Positions 36,330-57,604 are shown, counted from the stretch's first letter. The stretch: 64,000 bases of DNA from the human T2T-CHM13v2.0 reference genome, Homo sapiens (GCF_009914755.1 NC_060926.1); one strand, 5' to 3'. A program made the numbers and translations. Notes: generated from the letters alone by a model not told the origin.

Positions 36330-37460
36330 CCCCTATGGAGCCGCTCCGACTAACGGACGCGCAGGTCCAGCGGACCTGCTCATCACTGTCCAGGGTGGCC
36401 TGCGGGAGACTCCCGGGGCCCTGGCCCTGCTGCCGCGGCCCCGGCACTTCCCCTCGAGGGTTCGCGGGGAACAAGGCCGCGCGGCCCCGGCTCTCCCGGA
36501 GTGCACGGTCCCGCGCTCATGCGGCTAGAGGGAGGCACCCGCAGGACTGCCCAGCCGCCTCTGCTCCTCAGGTCCAGCTCGGGCCCCGCCTGCTCTTACG
36601 CCGACTAACCGGCCGCGGCCCGATGGCGGCCCTGCCGCAGACAGCAAAGGTCACGGGGCTCCCCCGGAAGTGAAAGTGCGGGGATCCGCCGGCCCAGGAG
36701 ACGCGGCTTCTAGCGCCCGGTTCCCGGGAAGCTCTGTGACGCGCTAAGCCCCGCCCCCACCCGTCACCTGACCCAGCGCAGCCTCGCCTCCCCGCTGGGG
36801 GCTCGGCGGCCCTCTGAAGCGGGTGGATTGGCTGGGGGTGCTTCGCTCAGCCAATCCGGACGCGCCCGGGCGTCGCGGCCCCGCCTCCTCCCCGGCGCTC
36901 TGGGCCCGTAGCGCTCCGCGGGAAGGAGGCTGGATGCCCGGCAGCAGTGGGGCGGGGATGGAGGCGGCCGTGGCGCCGGGGAGGGATGCGCCGGCACCCG
37001 CGGCGAGTCAGCCCAGCGGCTGCGGGAAACACAACTCGCCGGAGAGGTGCGCGCCTTTAGGGCAGGGCTGGGGAGCGGCCGGCGCCTGTCGCCGATTGTC
37101 CCGCGCGGGAGGACGAAGGGGGCTCCCGGCCTGTGGCCGCTCTCGCGTGGGGCGTCCCGCGCGGGGATGTCCGCGAGGTCGGCCTAAGTCAGGGATGCGA
37201 GCTTCAAGGAGGAGCGGGTGCGAGCCGTGGCCCCGCAAGGGCCCACGGAGAGGTGACTTTGGGGCCGAAACCCGAGTGACTTCCAGGGGTGAGGTTTGCA
37301 GGTTCTGGGGAAGCAGAGCCTGCCAGGAAGAGGGCACAGCAGATGCGAAGGGCAGGGGACTTGCCGGAGGTGAACCGGCAGAGCCCCTGAGCCCGGGAAG
37401 AACTTTGGGGTTCATTCGGAGCCTTATGGGGCCTCGGAAGTTGATCACGGGGCGATGCAA
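36330..37460. promoter_or_regulatory. CpG island / SCLY promoter and exon 1
   Basis: very high GC and CpG density; ETS CCGGAAGT 36664-36671, TTCCCGGGAA 36721-36730, GC box 36749-36757, CCAAT boxes 36827-36831 (-) and 36851-36855 (+); no TATA box. Confidence 0.92.
36958..37046 (+). CDS. SCLY: SCLY exon 1 coding part (MEAAVAPGRDAPAPAASQPSGCGKHNSPE-R)
   Basis: strong Kozak gggATGg; GAG|gtgcgc donor; 89 nt, ends phase 2; in-frame upstream ATG at 36934. Confidence 0.95.
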
Positions 37461-38250
37461 TTTAAGTGTTTTGAAGGAGTCCTTCTGGCTGCTTCCTAGA
37501 AAGTAGGGGCGCGGGTAGGCATGGGACGAGAGGAAGCCGGGAAGCCAGTTGGGGATCTTGTAACAACCTAGGAGAGAGATGTGGTGTGCGCCCAGAAACG
37601 GATGCGTTGGTAGGAAGCTGGTGCACTGGGGCAGGTGAAAGGGAATCAAGGGTTCTCCCAGACTGCTGGCCCAGCTGCAGGAAACGGGATGGCCACCGCT
37701 GAGAAGCGCGGAGACCCGAAGCACGTGGTATCCCTACTAGTTAAGTCCGAGAAGAGCAGGAGGCAGGGGTATGCATTTTCTGGTTTGTGTGTCTTCTTTC
37801 CAGACCCCTCTTTTTCCTTTTTGTGAGCTCATTCGCTACCCATGCTTAGAATATGAGGGGGTCCAGGCCTAAAGCACACACATTTGGCATTCTACCTTGG
37901 TTGGAACAAAGTGAAGGGATCTGGGAAAATATCCCCTAGGGAATCAGTGGAGCGAGATTCCCAAGATTTTTTATTTTTTGGTTATGAAGCTAACAAAGTT
38001 GAGCCTGCTCATCCAATACTGATAGCATTTTAAGGAAGCAGCAAATAATGAAGCAAAGGAATGTGTAAAGTATTAATCTGAACAAAATAGATTTGTTCAG
38101 CCCAGCAGCAGATTGAAGAGCTATAGTCGCTCAACAAACACTAGCTAGCCTAAGGTACTTTGGATGCTTATTTATAGGAAAGAAAAACAGATATAAGGAC
38201 ACATTCAAAGTCAAGCCGGGCTGGGGGATTCCTAGGACTATTAATACTAG

Positions 38251-41883
<3,633 letters not shown>

Positions 41884-42029
41884 AAATATTATCTAAAGCC
41901 TTTGAGGGAAATTTATTTTAAGGAATATGTTGAGGATGTGGGGATTTTACATACCTAAGATATTTATCACAGTCTTGCTTATAATAGCAAAACAAACAAA
42001 AACCCTGAAAATAAGCTCAGCATTCATGA

Positions 42030-42319
42030 ATTTTTATGAAAAATAAACTATCTTCGGCAAAACAAGAAACCTAGTGAGCGTTGCACTGTTGTGCATGTGG
42101 AAGTCTCTTTACTGCCTGTTGCTGGAAGATAGCTGGCGCTCATACCTCCCCGTCCAGCCCACTGCAGTCACATCATAGTGATGGAAGCCTCTGGAAGGTT
42201 CACCATATACCTGTGAGAAAAGGAGCGTGAAAAAGGCAGTTCTTCTCTTAGTATCATCATGAAAACAGTTTTGACTTTGTGGACCTCCTGAGAGGGCCTT
42301 GGGGTTTTGGAAACCGCTG
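42030..42319 (+). mobile_element. Charlie1-type hAT transposon terminal fragment
   Basis: tcttagtatcatcatgaaaacagttttgactttgtggacc...ggaaaccgctg resembles the Charlie1 terminus. Confidence 0.6.
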
Positions 42320-42654
42320 ACGTAAGCAGCACTGACTGAGCACCAGCTGTGTACTCAGCACCCTGTTGGGGGAGGGATGAAGCACGGTGCCCAAAATGTA
42401 TTTGGGTTTTCGAGGCATTACTTTGTCCACTATGTGGAGAATGGACCCTGGTGGGGGCCTGCTAGGAGAACATCACAGCAGTGGCCTTGGCTTGGTTGGT
42501 GGCTGGGCGGTGGAGAGGCAGAGTCAGGTTTGGAACATCGTTTGAACACAGAGCCTACAGCATTTGCTGGTGGATTAATTGGCGGGGAATGAAAAGGGAA
42601 AGAGCCCACGCTTTTGCCCTGGGCTGCTGAGGGATGGAGTTGCCATTTCCTGAG

Positions 42655-43017
42655 TGTATTAGTCTGTTCTCATGCTGCTAATGAAGATGTACCTGAGACT
42701 GGGTAATTTATAAAGGAAAGAGGTTTAATTGACTCACAGTTTCCCATGGCTGGGGAGGCCCCACAATCACGGAGGAAGGCGAAAGAGGAGCAAAGTCACA
42801 TCTTACATGGCAGCAGAGAAGAGTGTGCGTGCAGGGGAGCTCCCCTTTATAAAACCATCAGATTTCATGAGACTGATTCACTATCACGAGACTAGCATGG
42901 GAAAGACCTGCCGCCATGATTCAGTTACCTCCCACCGGGTCCCTCTGATGACGTGGGAATTATGGGAGCTACAATTCAAGATGAGATTTGGGTGGGGACA
43001 CAGCCAAATCATTATCA
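42655..43017 (-). mobile_element. Solo THE1 (MaLR) LTR, THE1B/C-like, in SCLY intron 2
   Basis: TGTATTAGTCTGTTCTCATGCTGCT...GGGGACACAGCCAAATCATTATCA; TSD ctgag/ctgac. Confidence 0.9.
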
Positions 43018-43974
43018 CTGACAGAGGGAAGGCTGAGAGTGAGGGTGACAGTTTATTACGGTGACTTTTAGTGTCACCAAGAAAAATGATGGAGTTTTCC
43101 TAAACACCACTTAGGTGTTTAGGAAACTACTACTAAAACTGACATCTATACAGTAGCGTTAAGGAGCAGCAGAATTACTTTGCATATTTATTTTACCTCA
43201 GCTTTTTATATTTCTCTTTTTTATGATGTTTCGTAATAGTATATGTTTTAGCGGTGCCTGCTCAATTTTTTCTTATTTTTAAATAAGACTGAATGGTCAA
43301 AAAAGTTTGGGGACTCCTGGTGTGTACACTAAGAATGGTCACTGAAACTTTCGGCATTCCCATGCCAGAGCCTTTCCTTCTTTGCCCCATCAAGCATGGT
43401 TGCTGTGTTTTCCTTCTAGCCAGTGAAACTGGGTGATGGCCGGATGCATAGCCCTGTTTGAAAGCAGGTGTGTCCCTGAGACAGTAACCTTTGTAGCCCA
43501 GGTACCCTGTGGGCGACATGCAAAATGAGATATGGCACTGGACTTCGCGTCGAGTCATGAGTTCTGTTTTTGCTTATTTTTGTTGTTTGCAACTCATTCC
43601 ATCCTTTCATTCTCCTCTCTTGATGAATGGGAAGCAAGGCAGATGGCCACAGCTGCCCTCCCTCTAGCATCCAGTAAGAAGAAAGCCACATCTTGGGGGA
43701 CGTCCAGGTTCATAGCCAGACTCCCTTACTTGTTTCTGGGTCTCATGGAGTTAATAACTCTCAGTTTGGTCCCTGGTTCGCTGCTGTCTCGGCCGCCCCT
43801 TTGCCGGGTTGTGTCTAGGTTGTAGCATTTTGCTGTGCTCACATTAAGGGGCCAGGTTTTGTCTTAGAACGGCCCACGCAGACCTCTTATTCCTTTGTAT
43901 TTGGTTGTCCTTTTAGATGCGTTGATTGAGCTTGGTGAAGCAATGTTAATGAATTTCCTTTTTGGTCCCTCAAG

Positions 43975-44075
43975 GAAGAAAGGCCAAGGATATTATAAAT
44001 GCAGCTCGGGAAAGCCTCGCGAAGATGATAGGGGGGAAACCTCAAGATATAATCTTCACTTCCGGGGGCACTGAG
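43975..44075 (+). CDS. SCLY: SCLY exon 3 ([34 protein letters not shown])
   Basis: ccctcaag|GA, GAG|gtaaag; 101 nt, phase 1 to 0; NifS 'IIFTSGGTE' motif. Confidence 0.97.
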
Positions 44076-44175
44076 GTAAAGCTTCTGAACACACTCACAT
44101 TCTGTTAACTGTAAGTTATAATAAAATACACAGAAAGTGATTTCCTTTTGCTACATTTTCATTTAAAGAAAGAGT

Positions 44176-47538
<3,363 letters not shown>

Positions 47539-49571
47539 GTCATTCTCCTGCTGCCCCTAAACCTCTGCAGCAGCAACCACTGTTACAGTTTGCCTTGAGT
47601 TCTTCTTGTGGATATTATCATTTTAACCACTTCCAGTTTAAGCTAAATAACTTAAAAACCTAACCCCCAGTTCTTGGTTTATCAACACAAGCATCCTCAA
47701 TGTAAAAATAAGGACTTGGACCTTCATAAGCCTTCCTCGCACTCCCTCTGTCTCCACACATCCCAGTGGATTTCTTGTATATCGGCTTTAATGAGCTATC
47801 ATTCATCCACTTAAAGTGTACAGTTCAGCAGTTTTTAGTGTGCTCACCAGGTTGTGCAGCCATCACCACTATATTTTTCAGTTATAGAAAATTTTTCTAT
47901 AATTTTCAGTTATAGAAAATTCTCGCCAGCCCCAAAAGAAACCTTGTACCAGTTAACTGTAAATCTTCATTTCCCTCAACTCTAGGCAACCACTCATCTA
48001 CTTTCTGTCTCTACAGATTTCCCTATTCTAGACTCCCCTATGAATGGAATCTTATAACGTGCTCTTTTTGACGGGCTTCTTCCATTTAACATAATGTTTT
48101 CAAGGTTCACTCATGTTGTAACATGTATTTAATTCATTTTCTACAGATGAACAACATTTCATTGTCTATCTGTACCACATTTGATTTGTCTGTCAGTTGA
48201 TAGACATTTAGGTTGTTTCCATTTGTTGGCTGTTACGACTAATGTGACATTTGTGCGTATGTTTTAGTGTATTGGTATGTTCTTATTTCTTTTGGGTTTA
48301 TACTTGAGTGAGATTGCTGGGTCATGCGGTAACTATCTGACAAATGTTAGGTAACTGTTTAACCTTAAGCTTTGTTTTCCAAAGTAGCCACACCACTTAG
48401 TACTCCTATTTGCAGTGTCACAGGGTTCCAATTCCTCCATGTCTTTGCTGACATTTGTTATCTGTCTTTTTGATTATTGCCAGCCTAGTAGGTGTAAAGT
48501 GGTATCTCATTTTGGTTTTGATTTACAATTCCCTGATGGCCAGTAGTGTTGAGCATCTTTCATGTACTCATTGGCCATTTGTATATATCTTCTTTGGAAA
48601 AATGTCTATTAAAGTCCTTGCTCCTATTTTAATTGGATGACTTGTCTTTTTATTGAGTTGTAAGAGTTCTTTATATATGCTTGATACAAGTCCCTTGTCA
48701 GATAGATGATTTGTAAATATTTTCTCTCATTCTGTGGGTTTGCTCTTGCTCTCATGGTATCCTTTGAAGAACAGAAGCTTTTCATTTTGATGAAGTCTAT
48801 TTTTGTTGTTGTTGTTGTTCCTTGTGTCATGTCTAAGAAGATTTTGTCCTACCCAAGGTCATGAAAATGTACTCATATTTTCTTCTAAGAGTTTTATAGT
48901 TTTAGCTCTTACATTTAAATCTGTGGTACATTTTGAGTTAATTTTGTGTGTGGTGTGAGGGAGGAGTCCAAATTTACTTTTTTTGCATGTGGACATCCAG
49001 TTGTTCCAGCACATTTGTTGAAAAGACTCTTCTTCCATGGATGGTCTTGGCACCCTTATTGAAAATCAGTTGACCGTAATATGTGAGGGTTTATTTCTTG
49101 ACTGTCAACTCTATTCCATTTACCTGTATTTCTGTTCTTAGATTGGTACCAAACTGTTATGATTACTGTAGTTTGTAGTAAGTTTTGAAACAGGAAAGTA
49201 GGAGTTCTCCAAATTTGTTATTTTTTAATATTGTTTTGGCTATTCTGCATCTGTTGACATCTCAAAAGAATTTTAGGATCAGCTTGTTAAATTCTGCAAA
49301 AATCTAGCTAGGAGTTTGATAGGGATTGAATTGAATCTGTAGATGAATTTGGTCAGTATTGCTACCATAACAATATTGTTTTCCAATCCATGAACATGTG
49401 ATGTCTTTATATTTACTTTAATTTCTTCCAGCAATTTTTGCAGTTTTCAGGATTAAGTTTTTGCACTTCTGTTAAATTTATCCTTAAGTGTTTTATTCTC
49501 TTGATACTATTGTAGATGGAATTGTTTTCTTATTTCATTTTTGGATTGTTCATTGCTAATGTATGTAAATG

Positions 49572-50317
<746 letters not shown>

Positions 50318-50400
50318 TACAGTTGAGTTTGTATGTTACTCTTGTGTTCTGCAACTTTGCTGAATTTATTAGTTTTAATTGTTAGTTTAGTTTAGTTTAG

Positions 50401-50693
<293 letters not shown>

Positions 50694-51789
50694 TAATTGT
50701 TAGTTTCAGTTGGTTTTTTAATGGATTCCTGAGGATTTTCTATATAGAGGGTCATATCATCTACAGCTAGAGATAGTTTTACTTCTTGTTGTCCAACTTG
50801 TATTTCTTTAATTTTATTTTCTTGTCTAATTGCCTTGACTAGGACCTCCTGTACAATGTTGAATAGAAGTGGCCAAGGTGGATATCCTTATCTTGCTAGT
50901 GATTGTAAGGGAAGGCATTCATTCTTTCATAATTTCATATAATGTTAGCTGTGGGTTTTTTATAGATGGCCTTTATCAGGATGAGGAAGTTCCCTTCTGT
51001 GCTTGGTTTGTTGGGTGTTTTTATCATGAAAGGGGTGTTGGATTTTGTTAAATCCATTTATTGAGATGATCATTTATTGAGATGATCATGTGGGTTTTTG
51101 TTCTTTATTCTGTTTGTAATGTTGTATTACCTTAACTAATTTTTGGATGTTAAACCATTTAATCCTTTTCATATGTTTTTAGATTTGGTTCACTAGTATT
51201 TTGCTGAAGATTTTTCTGTCAATATTCATAAGAGGTATTAGTCTGTAGTTTTCTTGTGGTGTCTTTGTCTAGTTTAGTGTCAGGGTAAAATTTGCCCCAT
51301 ATAAATCATGGGAAGTGTTCCCTCCTGTTCTGTTTTTTGGAAGGGTTTGTGAAGACTTGGTTTTAATTCATCTTTAAATATTTGATAGAGTTTGCCAGTG
51401 ACAACATCTGGGCCTGGGCTTCTCTTTGTGGAGAATTTTTAAGTTACTGATTCAGTCTCTTTACTTTTTATAGGTTTGTTCAGGCTCTATCTCTTTTGAG
51501 TCATTTTCAGTTGTTTGTGTCCTTCTAGGAATTTGTGCATTTCATTTGTTATCTAATTTTATTGGCATACCATTGTTTATAGTAGTCTCTGGTAATCTTT
51601 TTTTATTTCTGTAAGATTTATAGATCCCTTTCATTCATGATTTTAGTAATTTTATTCTTTTTCTCTGTCTTGTTCAATTTAGCTAAAGATTTATCTTTTT
51701 AAAAACTCTTTTTAAAGAACTAACTTTTGATTTTCCTGTGTTATTTTTGTAGTCTCTATTTTATTAACTTCTACACTAACCTTAATTAA

Positions 51790-51919
51790 CCCATTTATGC
51801 CGGAGGTTGCAAGTTTTTTTGTGTGAAAAATCAGACCTTGGCAATAACCTTGAGCAGTAGGATATAAATAACTCCCACAAGCTTAGTGTTCCAATAATGG
51901 AACACCAGGCATAAATGGG
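51790..51919 (-). mobile_element. MER85 (piggyBac/PGBD3-derived MITE)
   Basis: TTAA|CCCATTTATGCC ... GGCATAAATGGG terminal inverted repeats; internal palindrome GTTCCAATAATGGAAC 51888-51903. Confidence 0.88.
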
Positions 51920-52477
51920 TTCTTTCTTTCTACTTGTTTTAGGTTTGATTTGTTCCTTTTTTTTTTTTTTTACAGTGTCTTAAGGTGGAAGATTAGTTAT
52001 GATTTGTATTTTTTTTTTTTTGAGACAGAGTCTTATTGCCCAGGCTGAAGTACGGTGACACAATCTCAGCTTACTGCAACCTCCACCTCCCAGATTTTAG
52101 CAGTTCTTGTGCCTCAACCTCCCAAGTAACTGGGATTACAGACATGCACCACCACATCTGGCTAATTTTTGTACTTTTAATAGAGACGGGGTTTTGCCAT
52201 GTTGGCTGGGCTTGTCTCGAACTCCTGAACTCAAGTGACCCACCCACCTTGGCCTCCAAAAGTGCTGGGATTACAGGTGTGAGCCACCACACCCAGACGT
52301 TTTTTCTTTTTTAATGTAGGCATTTAAAGACATAAATTTCCCTCTAAGCACTGCTTTAACTACATTCCACATGTTTTAGTATGTGTGTCTTCATTTTCAT
52401 TCATCTCAAAGTATTTTCTAGTCTCCCTTGTGGTTTTTTTTTTCTATGACCCATTAGATATTTAAGAGTGTATTGTT

Positions 52478-52638
52478 CTGCGGAAGGCCGCAGGGTCCTC
52501 TGCCTAGGAAAACCAGAGACCTTTGTTCACTTGTTTATCTGCTGACCTTCCCTCCACTATTGTCCCATGACCCTGCCAAATCCCCCTCTGTGAGAAACAC
52601 CCAAGAATTATCAATAAAAAAATAAATTAAAAAAAAAA
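52478..52638 (+). mobile_element. 5'-truncated SVA (SINE-R 3' end + poly-A), SVA_F-like
   Basis: GCGGAAGGCCGCAGGGTCCTCTGCCTAGGAAAACCAGAGACC...GAGAAACACCCAAGAATTATCAATAAA; TSD AGTGTATTGTT at 52467-52477 and 52639-52649. Confidence 0.93.
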
Positions 52639-53287
52639 AGTGTATTGTTTAATTTCCATATGTTTTTTAATTTCTAAGATTTCTTTCTGCTAATGATTTC
52701 TAATTTTCTTCCATAAGAGCTAGAAAATACTTTGATTTAAATTCTTTAATTTTTTTTATTTTGTGGCCTAGGATGTATGTAGACATATATCCTAGAGTAT
52801 ATGTCAAGTGCACTGGAGGATAATGTATATTCTGCTGTTGTTGGGTGGAGTGTCTTGTAGATGTCTGTTAGGTCTACTTAATTTGTAGTGTTATTCAAGT
52901 CTTCTGTTCCCTTGTTAAAATTCTGCCTAGTTGTTGTATCCATTATTGAAAATGTGATTTTGAATGATCCCAGTATTATTAATCAGTGGTCTGATTAATA
53001 GTTGATCACACTATTAATCAGTTTCTCCCTTCAAACCTGTCAGTTTTTGCTTCGTGTATTTTGGTGCTCTATTGTTAGGTGCACATACATTTATATTTGT
53101 TATATATTATGGATGAACTGGTTCTTTTATCATTATAAAATGTCCAACTATATTGCTGGTAACTTTTTAAATCCCTTTTATTTTATGTAAGTATAGTCAT
53201 TCCAACTGTCTTATGGTTGCTGCTAGCATAAATATCTTTTTCCATCCTTTTACTTTTAATCCATTTATGTCTTTAAATCTGACATGT

Positions 53288-53830
53288 TGTAATACACTGT
53301 TAGAGACATATTGTGGCTATAAGATTAATGATAGCCGTAAGGCCCATGCAAACATCTTGCAGGGCTGACACTATGTGTCAATTAGCAGTATGATGCAACA
53401 TGGTCTAGGGATTTCCAACCCTGGCTTGGGAATTTCCAGGAGGTAAGACCACCTCAGCATAGATGGAACTCTCATAAACCATAAATACAAAGCTTTCCCT
53501 TACCAAAATAGCTTAACTCCCTTATGGAAGAAAAACCTGGTAACTGACCTGGACTAAATACAAGATAAGAAAGGGGAAGAATCCCCAAAACTCTGAGAAT
53601 GTTCTCTGGACAGAGACTTTCCCGGCCAGGCAGTCATCTGATATCTGAATGTATCTGACCCTTGCCACCTGCCTGCTCCTGCTAGCTATCTTGTAAGAGC
53701 ACTGCCAGAATAAACTGCTTGAACATCACACAGCATCTAAGACTTATCTTTGATGTGAATAATAGGAAAAGGGAAAAGTCACCTTTGGGGAAGGTTAACT
53801 AGGCCCAGCCCAAGATCCCTGAACAAGACA
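53288..53830 (+). mobile_element. Solo LTR of unassigned family (possibly ERVL class) inside the antisense L1
   Basis: TG...CA termini, near-TSD catgt/catgg, internal AATAAA 53709-53714; L1 sequence resumes on both sides. Confidence 0.6.
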
Positions 53831-53846
53831 CATGGGTCTCCTGTAG

Positions 53847-54216
<370 letters not shown>

Positions 54217-54430
54217 TAATGTTACTATTGACATAGTTGGAGTACCACCTATTTTCACTTTTTGTTTCCTAGATGTCTCATATATTTTTTGTTCTCTTTT
54301 CCCCCTTTACCGTTTTCTTTTGCATTAACGAATATTTTCTAATTTAACATCAAAATTCTTTAGTGCTTTTTTCACTTTTTAAATTAGTTATTTCCTTAGT
54401 GGTTGTCAAGGGCTTACTATTTATGTATAA

Positions 54431-54904
<474 letters not shown>

Positions 54905-57604
54905 TAGTTAATTTCCTGTCTTTTCTTTCTTTCCTTCCTTCCTTCTTTCTTTCTTTCTTTCTTTTTCTTTTTTTTTTTTTTTTTCTTTTTGACAAGATTC
55001 CACCCTGTCACCCAGGCTGGAGTTTGGTGTCACAATCACAACTCACTACAGCCTCAACCTCCCAGGCTCAAGTGATCCTTCCACCTCAGCTGCCCTAGTA
55101 GCTGGGACTACAGGCATATCCCATCGCACTGGCTAATTTTTTATTTTTTGTGCAGATAAGGTGTCCTTATGTTGCCCAGGCTGGTCTTGAACTCCTGGGC
55201 TCAAGTGATCCTCCTGCCTTGGCCTCCCAAAGTGCTTACAGGCATGAGCCAGTGCACCTGGCCAATTTCATATCTTTTAAGGAAGCTAAGGGAAGAAAGA
55301 GCAAGTATATGTTTATAGATTTTGCTTGAGTAATCTTCTTAGTTGCCTTTTCACATTATCTTCATTTGTTCCATGGATCTGAATTATCATCTGGTGTCCT
55401 TTCCTTAATAGACAATTCTGCTCCCTCCCACCTCCTTTGTGCTATTATGAAATATTGTGTGTTATAGCCCTAACAAAATAATTATATACATGTTATTTTA
55501 TACAGTTGCTTTTAAATCAGTTAAGAGAAGCAATATACAGTTACACTGCCCTTTTTTTCCTTTACTTTTTTGAGACGGAATCTCTTTTGCTGATTGCGAG
55601 ATAGTTTCTCTGTCTTTGGCTTTCAACATTTTCATTATCATGTGTCTGGGAGTGAATGTCTTTGTGTTTTATCCCACCCAGAATTCACTGAGCCTCTTAG
55701 GTATGTAGATTAGTGTTTTCCATTACATTTGAGATGTTTTCAGCCATTATTTTTCAGAGACATTTTTCTGCCCCTTTCTCTTGCTCCTGCCCTTCTGCTA
55801 CTCCTGTTTTCCCTATTTGGTGCCTTATGGTGTCCCACATTTCTCTGAGGCTCTGTTTATCTTTCTCATGTTTTTCCTGTCTTATATTTGGATTTCGTAA
55901 TCTCTGTAAATCTACCTTCATGTTGACTAAATGTATTTTCTGCCAGTTCCAATATACTCTGGAGCCCCTCCAGTGAATTCTTCATATCGGTTGTACTTTC
56001 CAACTCCAGGATTTCCTTTTGGTTCTTTTTCATAATTTCTCTCTTGTTTATCTTGAGGACTCTCTATTTGATGAGCCATTGTCATCATACTTTTCTTTAT
56101 CTCTTTAAGTACAGTCATAGGCAGTTTTTATCACTTGCCTTTTTTCCTGCTTTTCCACACACTGAAGATACCAGTTAGAATTTTTTTAGTTTTCCTGTTC
56201 CTGGGATTGCTTCTATGTGATCTAGAATCAGTCATTTACCTGTTCATCCTGGTTTTTCCTCAGGCTTGGGGATCCTGGATTGTTCCTGTGGATGGATGAA
56301 GCATTTCGTTGTTTGATGTAGGGGCTAGGGATGGCTCATCTCCAGTTCTCAATGCGTTTCCCCAGGAGGTGTCTCCCAGGAAAGGAAGGCCCACGGTGGG
56401 CTCTGCATAAGGTGGTGGCAGCAGAGCCCGGCAAGCCGGGTGGACCCCCCCAACTTTTCTCGTGACTTCCCTGGACGGAGCTGCCTTTGCTTTGCTCCTC
56501 TGAGTTCCCTAGCAGATGCCTCAAGCTCCTCCCGCTTTTCTAGATCCTTCCCCCATCCTGGGAGCCCACCTTGTGCCCGCCCTCTCTGGGCGTGTGGTGC
56601 TGTCTCAGTCTGAGGTCAGCACCTCTGCCGCTGACTTGGTGTACGGGAGCAGGGCGTGTTCGGACATTGGGAAGCTGACCTCTGCCGGCCTCGGTAGCTG
56701 GCCCGTGCCCTGCGCTTCCCGCTGTCCACCCTGAACTTGGGTGGCCACTGGATACTTTCAGATTGGCCTTTAAGTGTTCTTTTCCCTGTTAATCTAATGC
56801 CATCATCTTGCTACATTTTAGGGACTCCTCAAAATTCCTAGTCCACATACCCCCTCCCACCCCCTTTTATTTGAGACAGTGTGTTACTGTGTCACCCAGG
56901 CTGGAGTGCAGTGGTGTGATCTCCCTATGTTGCCCAGGCTGGTCTTGAACCCCTGGGCTCAAGCAGTCCACCCACCTCGGCCTTCCAAAGTGAGCCACTG
57001 CGCCTGGCCAGATACCCTTTGTTGGTGTTGTTTTGATTTGATTCTTAGTCGGAGAAGTAGCTGTTTTCTCTTTCATTTCAGTAGGATCCTGAGTGGGCAG
57101 TGGATACATTTGTTTTTCACCATTTTAAACTCAAAGCACTAAAGCTAAACAATGTAGTCCCCTCTGCTCATTTTCCATCTGCAGTAGTGAGACTCTCAGT
57201 GCCCGGGGCAGTCAGCGCCTGGCGCGTAGGAGCGGCTTCATCAGCACTGGCTCGGTGCCAAATGCATGGCAGTGAAGTGCTGTGCACTAGGACCCTCCCC
57301 AAAAGCAAGAGCCTGCATCCCTGTTGCCTCTTCCTCTTCCGTCTCCGTAGAAGCAGAAAGGCACACAGCTTCCACGACACAGATTCACTCACTGCAGCCG
57401 CGTTAAAGACACGTTCACACTGAAGCACCTGACAGTGACTCTGGGCCAGTGATGATGGGCGGCTTATATTCTTCTTTATAGTCTTCTGAACTTGGACAAC
57501 AATTTACTTTTATAGTTGTAGAAAACTGTTAAGCTCTGTTGGAACGCAGTTTTGAGAGGAATCAATTTGTGCAGCTCAGTTCGGTACTCATGTTTGTTTC
57601 CCAG

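Noticed and set aside
36302-37724. ORFs of 123, 227 and 238 aa around the SCLY start
   Set aside because: CpG-island artefacts; only 36934/36958-37046 is coding, and the 227-aa ORF simply reads through the exon 1 donor
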